Below are positions 42,846 to 52,405 of a stretch of DNA of 64,000 nt, in pieces (within the stretch, counting starts at the first letter, position 1; each line of letters starts with the position of its first letter). Source of the stretch: Pelagomonas calceolata (taxonomy: Eukaryota). Under the pieces are notes generated by a model, which was not told the origin of the DNA, made no database searches, and was given only the letters and a program-made list of their open reading frames with translations. The stretch is from contig CAKKNE010000005.1 of NCBI GenBank assembly GCA_918797485.1, positions 2,666,001-2,730,000 on the forward strand. The letters are read 5' to 3'. A program made the translations under genes and the position numbers.

Positions 42846-44891
42846 ATGCGCACGCCGCCGAAGAACGGCCGGGCGCCCGCTTCAACGCCCAAGCCCCAAT
42901 CAAAGAAGAAGCTCCTCGAGGGGTTGGATCAGGCGACGCTGTGCCGGGCGGCGGCCGTTTCATTAGCGTTAGTCGCGCACCTGCCTTCTTTGTTAGATGG
43001 AGATCTACGAGACGTGCTGGACCCGGACTACGACTCCGAGGAGAGTTTGATTGAAGCATTGAGGACCTGCGCTTTTGGTGTGGACGGTGGTGGTTGCAGA
43101 AGACCGGCGAGCTGTGTCCTTTCACTGTTGTTAAAGGGCTCGTCCACCATCACAAAACGTCTGATCAATGTGCTGCTCCACGGCCGCGTCGCCTGGCGCG
43201 CCTTTGACGTGGCGCTTGCTATTACGCAAGACCACGCGGCTTCTTTAGCTGGTGTTGGCCTGACGATCTGCGCGCACCCTTTACATGCCGAGGCCGTGAG
43301 CTGGACGGGGGCTAGATCGTTGTTACTAGCGACGGTCTTCGTGCTCGAGGCCGTCAAGAGGCATATCGACGGGGATTCTGTTGGAGGCGCGTTGTTCACA
43401 CTCGTCGCGTGCGCCGCGCACGCCGCAGCGGCGGCCTCACCATTTCTAATGATGGCAATTCACAGTAATGACCTCGCCCCCTCAATGCTGGCGGCCTGTC
43501 TGGGCGCGTGGCTGTTTCTGGGCATCGACGGGTCGCGCGTCTACGACGCGCAGGCCCGAGCGCCGCTACCCGTATCCTTGCCGCCCCGCGAGTGGTACGC
43601 TTCGGTCCGGGACGGCCTCGCGTCCCTAGCATGGTACGCATCTTCCTTCGTGATCCCGCCCGAAAATCCCATTGCTTTACGCCCCGCGCTCTTCGACCGC
43701 GCGCAGCTGGCGCATCCGTCATTAGCTTTGGAAAGGACGGTGTATGCCCTGGCCTTTTCCTGTTTGGTTACTCTTTTTGTGCTCTTGCGGAAGCATCATA
43801 CCATAAAAATTGCCCTGCGCTTCATGATGGCGTTCTCGCTGTCCATCGCCGTATGTTCAACGGCCTGCGCGTCTTCAGTGGTTTCCGATAGAGTCGCCTA
43901 CCTGCCATCCATCGTGGCGGCCTGCCTCCTGTCGATCGGCGTCGCTTTTTGCAGAGGCCGCGGGCCCGCGATTGCACCCCACCAGGAGCTCGACGAGGAT
44001 TATTCGTCGTCCTCGAGCGACGACCACGCGACACCGTCCAAGAAGCGCAAGAACGGTATCCATCAAAAACCGAGCGGCCTCGCGAAATTGGCTGGAGACT
44101 GCTGCGTCGCGCTGTCGGTCTGCTGCGCGGGCCTCCAAGCGCTACGGAACCATGTGCGTGCCCAACCTTATTCAAATGAGCTCGCGTTATTACGCGCGGC
44201 GACTAGATCATCGCCCGACGACGCCGTGAGTTGGGCCCAGTTGGGCGACGCGCTCCGGACGGCTCCAACGGATGAGCCCTGGTTCCGCGAGACGGACGCG
44301 ACGAAGGCCTATGAGGCCGCCGTCGACGCCGGTTTGGAACCGGAGCCCTGCGGGCTGTTGGCGCTGCGGCCGCGGCCCGTACCTTCTAGTATAGCGGGCT
44401 GCTACGAGCAGCGCGCGGACGTTTTTGGGCGGGGGTCTCATGATGGTGTTTTACAACTCTTTGAAGCCGCCAAATGGCATACGAGAGGAGGCGACTTCAA
44501 GAAGGCGACGCGGAATTTGCTGAGAGTTAAAAAAGCACTACCTCGGGATCCCGAGCTTTGGGTCCAGTTCGGCCTCGCGCGGAGGGGAGCGGGGAAACTG
44601 GCGCCTGCTGTGGAAGCGTATGAACGGGCTGTTGAATTAGATCCGGCATGCGTCGAGGCCTACCAAAACTGGGGCAATTTGGAGCTCGGCCGGGAGAACC
44701 GGCCGCGGGCGCTCGAACTATTTAGACGGGAATTGGAACTGGACCCGTCTCACAGAAGTCGGTTTGAGAACTACGCGAGCGACCCGGACATCCAGGCGCT
44801 GCTCAAGGGCGAGCCCTTCACGGAGCGGCCCGTTCCGCCGCCGGTACAACCTCCGGCGGACCCGCCCGAGGAGGTCTGGGGCGAAAGTTAG
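42846..44891 (+). CDS. TMTC-like (protein O-mannosyltransferase-like) membrane protein with TPRs
   Basis: NVLLHG, HPLHAEAVSW..R, DRVAYLPS, multiple TMs, C-terminal TPRs. Confidence 0.75.
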   Translation: MRTPPKNGRAPASTPKPQSKKKLLEGLDQATLCRAAAVSLALVAHLPSLLDGDLRDVLDPDYDSEESLIEALRTCAFGVDGGGCRRPASCVLSLLLKGSSTITKRLINVLLHGRVAWRAFDVALAITQDHAASLAGVGLTICAHPLHAEAVSWTGARSLLLATVFVLEAVKRHIDGDSVGGALFTLVACAAHAAAAASPFLMMAIHSNDLAPSMLAACLGAWLFLGIDGSRVYDAQARAPLPVSLPPREWYASVRDGLASLAWYASSFVIPPENPIALRPALFDRAQLAHPSLALERTVYALAFSCLVTLFVLLRKHHTIKIALRFMMAFSLSIAVCSTACASSVVSDRVAYLPSIVAACLLSIGVAFCRGRGPAIAPHQELDEDYSSSSSDDHATPSKKRKNGIHQKPSGLAKLAGDCCVALSVCCAGLQALRNHVRAQPYSNELALLRAATRSSPDDAVSWAQLGDALRTAPTDEPWFRETDATKAYEAAVDAGLEPEPCGLLALRPRPVPSSIAGCYEQRADVFGRGSHDGVLQLFEAAKWHTRGGDFKKATRNLLRVKKALPRDPELWVQFGLARRGAGKLAPAVEAYERAVELDPACVEAYQNWGNLELGRENRPRALELFRRELELDPSHRSRFENYASDPDIQALLKGEPFTERPVPPPVQPPADPPEEVWGES

Positions 44892-44927
44892 TAAGTGAGT
44901 TTTTGAATTAATCCCTTGTGGACTCGC

Positions 44928-45431
44928 TCAGTTGAGCGGTGACGGCGGCGCCGCGAAGATCTCCGCGCAGCTCCCGCACTCGGGGCCGTTGCCGTGGAGG
45001 CAGGTGGCCGTCTTGCCCTGTTTCTTGGTCGGTGTGGGCGCCGACAGGTTCTGGACCGCGGCGAGCGCCGCCCGCGACGGGATCGGCTCGGCGGCGTCGC
45101 TGCCGGCCTCGGACGCGACGTCGTCCGCCGGCGCTTCCTCGGCCTCGCCTTCTTCCTCGATCTTCGACTGCTCGAGCTGCTTCGCGATGCGGTCGAACGC
45201 CTCCTCCTGCTCGGACTCCTTCAGCGCCGCGGCTAATGCATCAGCTTCGTCATAGCACGGTTTGAGCGGCGTTTCGCCCTCGCTCTCGTGATAGGAATAC
45301 TCGCTGGCGAAGGACTGGCGCGACGACACCGCGGAGGCTTGGCTCATGTTGCTCGTGCGGCGCGGCGACGGCTTCGCGGGCGCCGGAGACGGCTTATCGG
45401 TTTCAGGGGCAGAGCTGACGAGGGACGCCAT
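44928..45431 (-). CDS. Small disordered protein with UIM-like motif
   Basis: DEADALAAALKESEQE; ATG at 45431. Confidence 0.55.
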   Translation of the reverse strand: MASLVSSAPETDKPSPAPAKPSPRRTSNMSQASAVSSRQSFASEYSYHESEGETPLKPCYDEADALAAALKESEQEEAFDRIAKQLEQSKIEEEGEAEEAPADDVASEAGSDAAEPIPSRAALAAVQNLSAPTPTKKQGKTATCLHGNGPECGSCAEIFAAPPSPLN

Positions 45432-45613
45432 TAGTCCCGGCTCTCTGTGGCTGGCCGCGGTGGCTGTGATGTTTGTCACTGCTGAGAGGCTTGGTAAGGC
45501 CGCGCGCGCAGCGGGGGCCGCAAAACGCCGACGGCAAAAAATAAACTGCGGTCTAATCCTTAGCGGAGCGAGGCACTAGCGAATGCTTGAACAGATCACT
45601 TACACAAGAGCAC

Positions 45614-47098
45614 TCACCACAAAGCCACGACCGCCGCGGCCCCGACGAATCCCGCGGCCGCAGCGGACGTCAACGCGCCCGTAGATGTCCCGTTGAGGCC
45701 GCCTGCCGCATCGCTGACGAAGAACGGCGAGGCGTCCAGGGCGGAGCACTCCGTCCACTGGGAAGCGTCCGTGAGCGCGTCGCGTAGCTCTTTTTGGGTC
45801 CCCGACCGCAGCCCGTCGTAGCAATAGGCGTCCGGGGTCTCCTCGAACGTGATCGAGGCGTCCTCGAGGCCAGGAGGTAATGCCGAAGTCGACGAATCGG
45901 TGGCGTCCGACCAGCCGCCGCCGGTGTGCAAGCCCGCCACGGCCTCGCCGTTGTCGACGACAAATATCTGATCTCCGCTCGCCGAGAGGGCAAAGCTTCC
46001 CGAGACGGAGTCCATGTCCGCCAGCGTCACCGTCTGGCCCGCAGCGACGCTTGGAAGGCTCAGGGACAGCGTGCCCTCGTTGTCGCGCCAGTTACCGCTC
46101 TCGAGCCAGCCGTTGTCCGTGATCGTCAGCGCGATCCCGTTCGGAAATGTCTTCAGAAACACGATCACCAGGTCGTCCGGGTTGTCGAAGCGGGCCCCAG
46201 CGATCAGCACGTCGCCCGCACCGACGCGGTCGGCGCCGGAGCCATCAAAATCGTCCGCCGCGGGCGGATCGTCGTTGCACGCGTCGGCCCGGATCTGCGC
46301 TTCGGCCTCATCGTCAAAGACCGCTGCGACGAGCTCGGGGTAATCTACGTAGGGATTCCGGTTCCCTTGGTAGTCGGTGCAGATCTGAGCGTTGCGTAGA
46401 CGCTCAGCGTCATCGACCGGGTCATCGATGTGCCACTGGCGCAGCCAGGCGTAGCTCGCGAGGCGGCCGCTCTCGGCGCAGCCGCAGCCGTCCACGAGCT
46501 GCAGCGCCTCCGTGTCCTTTTCGCCGCCGTCGTAGCGCGTCACCATGTAGAACGCGGCGCGGGCGATGTCGCCTCTGGTCGACGGCGGCGGCAGGAACGA
46601 ATCGACGTCGTCCGCCGTGTCCGGCGCCTCCGTATGGGCCGGCGCCTCGCAGGTCGGCGTGCCGTCGGAGAGACAGTCGCCGAAATTTTTGTTTCCCCTG
46701 GCAGAGTTGACGGACCAGTCGGCCGGGAACAGGTGGTGGAGGTCGCTGAAGTCGGGCCCCTCGTAGCCCACGCCACACGACTTCGGCCACGAGTGCTCGC
46801 GGTTCCAGCCGTCGCTGTCGCCGCTCAGCGAGTCCGGCATCGACCGCCGCGAATAAATGCCGAGCACGTTGTCCGTGTTAGCAGGATCTGCGTCGATGAC
46901 CTTCAGGGCGTCCCAGACGTCGGTGGCGGACGACGTGTAGGGAATGACGTCGTGCGGCGACTTGATTCGCGCGTGCAGCGCAGCGCGTAGAGCACTGCCC
47001 GTCAGCGTCAGGTCGACGTAGGCATAATAAGTGGCTGTGTCGCAGTCACTTGCGGTCGCGCCGCGCAGGACTAGAACCAGCGCTGTGAGCCGTAACAT
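45614..47098 (-). CDS. Secreted, probably GPI/membrane-anchored endonuclease I (His-Me finger) family nuclease
   Basis: Signal peptide; WNREHSWPKS, SDLHHLFPADWSVNSARGN, RGDIARAAFYM, QGNRNPYVDYP; hydrophobic C-terminal tail. Confidence 0.9.
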   Translation of the reverse strand: MLRLTALVLVLRGATASDCDTATYYAYVDLTLTGSALRAALHARIKSPHDVIPYTSSATDVWDALKVIDADPANTDNVLGIYSRRSMPDSLSGDSDGWNREHSWPKSCGVGYEGPDFSDLHHLFPADWSVNSARGNKNFGDCLSDGTPTCEAPAHTEAPDTADDVDSFLPPPSTRGDIARAAFYMVTRYDGGEKDTEALQLVDGCGCAESGRLASYAWLRQWHIDDPVDDAERLRNAQICTDYQGNRNPYVDYPELVAAVFDDEAEAQIRADACNDDPPAADDFDGSGADRVGAGDVLIAGARFDNPDDLVIVFLKTFPNGIALTITDNGWLESGNWRDNEGTLSLSLPSVAAGQTVTLADMDSVSGSFALSASGDQIFVVDNGEAVAGLHTGGGWSDATDSSTSALPPGLEDASITFEETPDAYCYDGLRSGTQKELRDALTDASQWTECSALDASPFFVSDAAGGLNGTSTGALTSAAAAGFVGAAAVVALW

Positions 47099-47273
47099 CG
47101 CGACAAAAACCGCAGGAGGAAGGAATCACTCTAAGGCGTGCGAAAACGCGTGCGCGCACCGACTTTTTGCCCAGCGAGCTACCCCACAGCGCAGCGATGG
47201 CCCTGTCGAAGCGGTGTTAACGAAACCGACGAATGCGGGACGTGGAGGCTCCAAAATAAGACCGGCCAGGCTC

Positions 47274-47296
47274 GCTAGCGGCGGTAAGACACTAGC
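47274..47296 (-). promoter_or_regulatory. Paired-CTAG upstream element
   Basis: Minus strand GCTAGTGTCTTACCGCCGCTAGC, ~175 bp before ATG 47098(-). Confidence 0.7.
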
Positions 47297-47493
47297 AAGC
47301 AGCCAGGCGGACGCGCCGACGTGACAGGAGAGCAAGTCAGCAGCTCAGAGATCATAGAAATAGTCTTCTCATTATTGTCTGTCGACGCGGATCGAAAACT
47401 GCTGCGCCGCGGGGTGCGAGACCACCTTCTCACCATACACATTGCGATTTGGCTGGGACGCGGCCGGCGCGCGCAGACGAGAAGCGATAAAAC

Positions 47494-48432
47494 ATGGCCA
47501 GCAACGTCGACCAACAACCATGGGACGACGGCGTCGACATCTGCGGCCAGTCGGTCCCGATGGACAACGACGAGGGCTGGCGCCGGGCCGTCGCATCGAT
47601 GAAACAAAAAGACGAACCGATGGAATCAAATGAGGACGACGACGGCGGCCTCTACGAGCGTTTGATGCGGGACGACGCGCGGATCAACGCGCAACTTAGT
47701 GATTTAAGAGCGGCGCACCGCGCGGGCGCGCTGGACAGGGAGGCCTTCTCGGCGCAAGCGCTCGAGCGGCTCCGGCCGAAGCCTTTGAGAGATATGCTGG
47801 AGGTGGACGCGTCCGACCCGATCGCCGTGGTCGGCCGTAGTAAAGCCGTCGACGAGGCGACACTGAGAGCGCTCTCATCTATAGTGAGCGGCCCGCGCTC
47901 GTCACCTGAGCAGAGGAAGCGCTGGCCTGTTTCACTAGGACAGGATCCAATCATAAAGGCGACGTCATCGGGCGATCGGCTGGTCCTGCGGTTTCGCTGC
48001 GAGGACGACGTCAAAGTGTGGTGCTGGAAGATGGCGCACCAGGTCTTCGCCAACGAGGGCGCTGGATTGTTATACACGCAGAACGTCTCTTTCGAATACC
48101 CGTGCGCGCCGACCAACTTATCTCGGCTGTTCCGCTACGTCTCCGAGGGTGTTGTATCGGCCGATGCGAGTGGGACCTTGGTGCTGGCGGCGTCAGATAG
48201 GACCCTCGCGTACCCCGACGCCGAGTACGGCTTCGAGGGCGAGCTCCTGTCGCGCTGGGTCGCGCGGACGGTCGGGCGCCTCGCCGGGACTCAGAGCTAC
48301 GCGACGCGGGACCCGCCGGGCTTTACTTCTGGTGAGGACGACGACCTGGATACTGCTTTTGAGAAACGCTGGGTGTCGAAGGCGGAGGAGGAGGACATCG
48401 ATCGTGCGTTCGCGGACGACGCGCCCGAGTAG
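47494..48432 (+). CDS. Hypothetical protein
   Basis: 312-aa ORF; start could also be the later ATG (MDNDEG). Confidence 0.6.
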   Translation: MASNVDQQPWDDGVDICGQSVPMDNDEGWRRAVASMKQKDEPMESNEDDDGGLYERLMRDDARINAQLSDLRAAHRAGALDREAFSAQALERLRPKPLRDMLEVDASDPIAVVGRSKAVDEATLRALSSIVSGPRSSPEQRKRWPVSLGQDPIIKATSSGDRLVLRFRCEDDVKVWCWKMAHQVFANEGAGLLYTQNVSFEYPCAPTNLSRLFRYVSEGVVSADASGTLVLAASDRTLAYPDAEYGFEGELLSRWVARTVGRLAGTQSYATRDPPGFTSGEDDDLDTAFEKRWVSKAEEEDIDRAFADDAPE

Positions 48433-48447
48433 GAATCTATGATAGAC

Positions 48448-49560
48448 TTAGACCGTGCCCTCGAGGGCCTCCTGGACCGCCGCGACGCCCCGGTACGTGT
48501 CGTAGCGCTGCCGCACGATGTACATCTCGTAGACCGCCGGCAGCACGGCCCAGGCCAGCCACATGGCCCGCTTCGGCACGGGCGGCAGGAACCGCTGCCC
48601 GAGCGCGAGCGGCGCGCCCACGGCTATTGTAGGTGCTGCCACCGCTATCAATGAATCGGACACAGGCGGCCCCGCGAGGAGCTCCTCGATTTTTTTCGGG
48701 TCCGTCTTTCCAAATTGCCGCCCGATGGACGCGACGTGCTCGGACCCGACGACGGCCACGGCGACGCCGCCGGGGCCGAGCGTTTTTAAAGCTTCGTGGC
48801 ACTTGTGCGCGAGGATCTCGGACCGCTCGGCGCCGATCGTCTCTCGCGCGGCGCGGAACGCGGCGGCGGCCGCCGTCGCCGAGGGTGCTCCATCATCATC
48901 TGAGGCCAGCTCCCTACAAACCGTGTCGATGGCGCCGCGCCGCGGGTCGAGATTGTCGGCGTCGACCGGCGCCAGGACGACTGATAAAGCGTCCGCGAGT
49001 TCATCAGCACAGCTGCTCCCGGAAAAGAACGCGTACTCCCTCCAAGCCCGGCAATAGACCCGGTGGAGCGTGCTGCTCACCTGGCGGTCGATCAAATGCG
49101 TCGAGGCCTGGAGCCGCGCGGCCTCGTGCGCCGCGGACGCCTGCGCCGCCCCCAAACAAGTGCCGTTCAAGGCGGCTAACCCTTCGAGGTCGAGCCCGCC
49201 GCCGAACCACCACTGGAAGCTCCGCAATCTTGCATCGCTCGATGCCGTATTCCAGTCGAAGGGGTTCGCGGGGAGCGGGTCCCGCAGACTTCCGTCGGCG
49301 CGCTTCGTGCCTCGCTCAATCAGCTCCCAGACCGGCGGCACGCGCTCGTCGCAGAGCTGTAATAAGACGGAATCGGGCGTCGCCGCACGAATCACCTTTC
49401 GGACTATGTCCGGCCCTGCTGCCTCGAAGGCGCGCACGCCGACGACGTGGACCACCGACCCGTTCGGGTGCCGCAGCTCCAGGTACTCGTCGGGCAGCTT
49501 GCGGATCTTTTTTGGTAAGCTGTCGGGCGCCCAGGACGGGTGGGAGCTTCCCGCGCCCAT
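48448..49560 (-). CDS. TraB/PrgY (TRABD-like) protein, divergent
   Basis: VHVVG, VIRAATPDSVLLQLCDER, LIDR...TLHR, ERSEILA, VAVVGSEHV; N-terminal MGAGSS myristoylation-type motif. Confidence 0.65.
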   Translation of the reverse strand: MGAGSSHPSWAPDSLPKKIRKLPDEYLELRHPNGSVVHVVGVRAFEAAGPDIVRKVIRAATPDSVLLQLCDERVPPVWELIERGTKRADGSLRDPLPANPFDWNTASSDARLRSFQWWFGGGLDLEGLAALNGTCLGAAQASAAHEAARLQASTHLIDRQVSSTLHRVYCRAWREYAFFSGSSCADELADALSVVLAPVDADNLDPRRGAIDTVCRELASDDDGAPSATAAAAAFRAARETIGAERSEILAHKCHEALKTLGPGGVAVAVVGSEHVASIGRQFGKTDPKKIEELLAGPPVSDSLIAVAAPTIAVGAPLALGQRFLPPVPKRAMWLAWAVLPAVYEMYIVRQRYDTYRGVAAVQEALEGTV

Positions 49561-49775
49561 CGCTTGTTGTATGTAACTGTGCGCGTCGCCCTATCGTCGG
49601 CGCGGCGGCGTGCTCAGCAGTGATCAATGCTGTGAGCAGGGTGTACCGCAGCTTTTCGCGTCGCGTCGGCAGCGTCGCTGCAGCAGCGATCGATGCCGTT
49701 AAATTTGACCCTATCAGCAGACAGAAGAGCCCCGCGCGCGGTACAGACAGCTCACAAAGCCGCCTCTGTCTGCTT

Positions 49776-49797
49776 GCTAGTGTCTTAGGCCGCTAGC
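49776..49797 (+). promoter_or_regulatory. Paired-CTAG upstream element
   Basis: GCTAGTGTCTTAGGCCGCTAGC in the divergent region, ~330 bp before ATG 50129. Confidence 0.65.
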
Positions 49798-50128
49798 GAA
49801 TCGGGCCGCAGAAAGACGCCTCGCCCTTTCAAGCTCGCGACCGCGCTCGTGCACGACGGATCGGGAGACTGCTTGGGGTTCGGAAAAACCGCTAGAGCTC
49901 ACAAAGAGCAATGGCAGGCTCTCACTAATAGAGCGTGGGTTACATGCCATAGCGTGCCCGCGGCAGCAAGTTTTGCATTTCCCGTATTCGTATTTGGCCA
50001 GCAACGATTCATCGTGCAATCGCCGACGCTCCAGGGCCGCCGCACCAGTTTTGCCTTCCACAGTGCCCACAGTGCCAGGCACTGTTTCATTCTTGCGCGG
50101 GAACCACTAAAGCGCGCGCGCCGACGCC

Positions 50129-52270
50129 ATGGCCCAAGTAGCACCCATGAAGCGACCCTCGCGCCGGTGCGCCGAGATAGCGCAGGCGTGCGCAACCGGT
50201 GCCAAAAAAAAAAATAATCCCGCGACGGCCTCGAGAGGGAATAACTCGCCCGCGCAAATACGCCGTCGAGCGCGCCAAAACCCACTCATATGAACACACA
50301 GGTGCGCCGTCAAGGTCTGCGTCGCTTGCAAGCGCGCTCCGGTAAGAGGCCATGTTGACGACGCGTACCACTGCCGCGAGATTCTCGGGCATGTGGCGCC
50401 GAACTGGGACGCGCCCGGCGCCGACGCCTTCTTCACGGAGGACGCGAAGCCCGAGGAAGTAAGAGCGTGGGCCGATTTGGAGGCGGTACCGGTCCAACGA
50501 AAGAAAAAACCACAACAACAACCGAAGAAGCGGAGCCACTCGCCCAAGTTCGGCACGCCCTCGCACAAACGTAGTAGATTGCCGACGGGGGCCATGTCCG
50601 ATTTACCTTCAGCAGATCCGGGCGCGGCCGCGGCGGCGGCGCCGCGCGGCGACTTTGGTTTAAGGAAACCTCTCGTGTTCGGCGAAGTCGTGCAACTCGA
50701 CGCGACGAAGGATACTACTTCGTTAAGGGCCAAGGAGTTACGGCGGGCGGGGACTCCTTGTGTCTTGACTGGTGTCGAGGCGAGGGACGTCGCGCCCTTC
50801 GCTGGAAGGTGGCTGCGGGAAGATGGCTCTTTAGATGACAACGCGTTCGTCCGAGACGTCGGGAACGAGCGGGCGCCCATCTTGAGGTACGACGCCACGT
50901 ACACGGATCAAGCACCTATTCGGGAAGCGATGCGCGTGTCAGAATTTGTGGAGAAACATTGGCGCGCGCAAGATTCCTCGGCCTATCTCCACCAGTGGCA
51001 GTTTCCCCTTTCTTCGCCCGAGGCCTTCCGCAAGCTGCTCTCTGAAAGTCCATCAGAGAACCTACCTGGATTGGACGACGATCTATTGGACCACTGGCTG
51101 GAAAGGTGCCGGGGCCGTTCCGCTTTGCAATACTTATTTATGGGCGGTGTCGGTACGAGATCTCGTTTACATGTAGACCCGGGCGGTCTTGATTTGATTA
51201 TAGCGCCGTTGGTCGGCTGGAAGGAGGTAACTCTCGTACACAGAGACGACGCGGAGCTCGTCGGAGCTATGTGCTCGGACTCGGCTCAAGAAGTCGAAAG
51301 GGGTAAGCGGACTCCGTTAGATGAACTCCTCGCGAACGAGACGCCTCCATCATTGGAAGAGGAGCCTATCTTGTCGTTGGTGCGGTGCTGGCGCCACGTC
51401 CTGAAGCCGGGCGAAGTGCTCATCATGCCGGAAGGGACCTTACACGCTGTCAGAAATGTGACGCCGGCGTTGAGCTACCACCGGTTCCACCTCGACACGA
51501 CGAACCCGGCGGGCTTCTGGCGCGCTCTGGTGGATGGCGACTGCCCCGGCATCCGACCGGCGGAGATCCTCTGGAACGGCGCGCACGGGGCGATGACGGC
51601 GCTGGACAATGCCGTGGATATTGGGGATCGCGAGGATGCGGTCGATCGGGCCGAGTGCTTACTGAAACTACGCCACTTAGTAGGAGCCATCGTGCGCGAG
51701 TTCTCGGAGAGCGACCAGCGAGGCCTGGGTCAGCGGGGCGACAGCGTGAATTCGTTCGACTGGAGGGCGTTGCTAGCGGATGCAGATGATGCTCTAGGTT
51801 TGTGGGCCGGCGGCGGCGGCCAGCGCAAGAACGTTCCATCTCCAGCGCAAAAATCGCAGAAGGTCGAGGGCGACGTCGGCGCATCGCCTAGGGACTCGCT
51901 CTACGAACCGTCGGTCGGCGACGTCGTCGCCGTGCGCTTCCACGCGAAGCAAGTGCGCGCGCGCGTCGTCGACGTCGCCTCCCCGTCGAAGCCGCCGCGC
52001 TTCTGCCGCGTCCACTACGCCACCTACGGCAGCAAGTACGACGAATTGGTCGAGTGTTCTTCTTTGAGACCGCGCACGGACGGCGCCAAGCTGGTTGTTA
52101 AAGTAGGCGCCAAGTGCAAGGTGCCCTGGGGCGACTCGTCAGACGAATACGACGCCGAGGTCGTCGCTTTGCATTCGTCGGCCGCGGTGCGGCTCCACTA
52201 CCTGACCGTCGGGTCGGACTGGGACCAGTGGGTCGGGCGGCGCAAGATCATCCGGCAGCTCCGGGCCTAG
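50129..52270 (+). CDS. JmjC-domain protein with C-terminal Tudor/chromo-barrel-like modules, 2 exons (50129-50166, 50302-52270)
   Basis: YLHQWQFP, SRLHVDPGG (HxD), LIMPEGTLHAVRN; VHYATYGSKYDE and LHYLTVGSDWDQWV. An intron links the ORF to ATG 50129. Confidence 0.8.
50167..50301 (+). mobile_element. Intron, aged introner (TSD intact, TIRs decayed)
   Basis: Perfect 8-bp duplication GTGCGCCG (50167-50174 and 50302-50309); ends ACACACAG; internal TACGCCGTCGAGC; in-frame TGA at 50291. Confidence 0.75.
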
Positions 52271-52405
52271 TGTATCGCCGGCGCGAAGTTAAGTCGGTAC
52301 TATCTATTTCATCGGTGGGAAGTCATCTACGTTGGTACTTACTCGGTGCAGGAGCGAGGGCTGCTTGCGCTTCCCGCAGATTTGGTACTTATCGGCTGCG
52401 ACGTC

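Noticed and set aside
48633..49796. 387-aa Arg-rich + strand ORF
   Set aside because: Off-frame artefact opposite the TraB-like gene.
52267..52275. CTAGTGT half-site at the JmjC stop codon
   Set aside because: Only half the element, and explained by the TAG stop.
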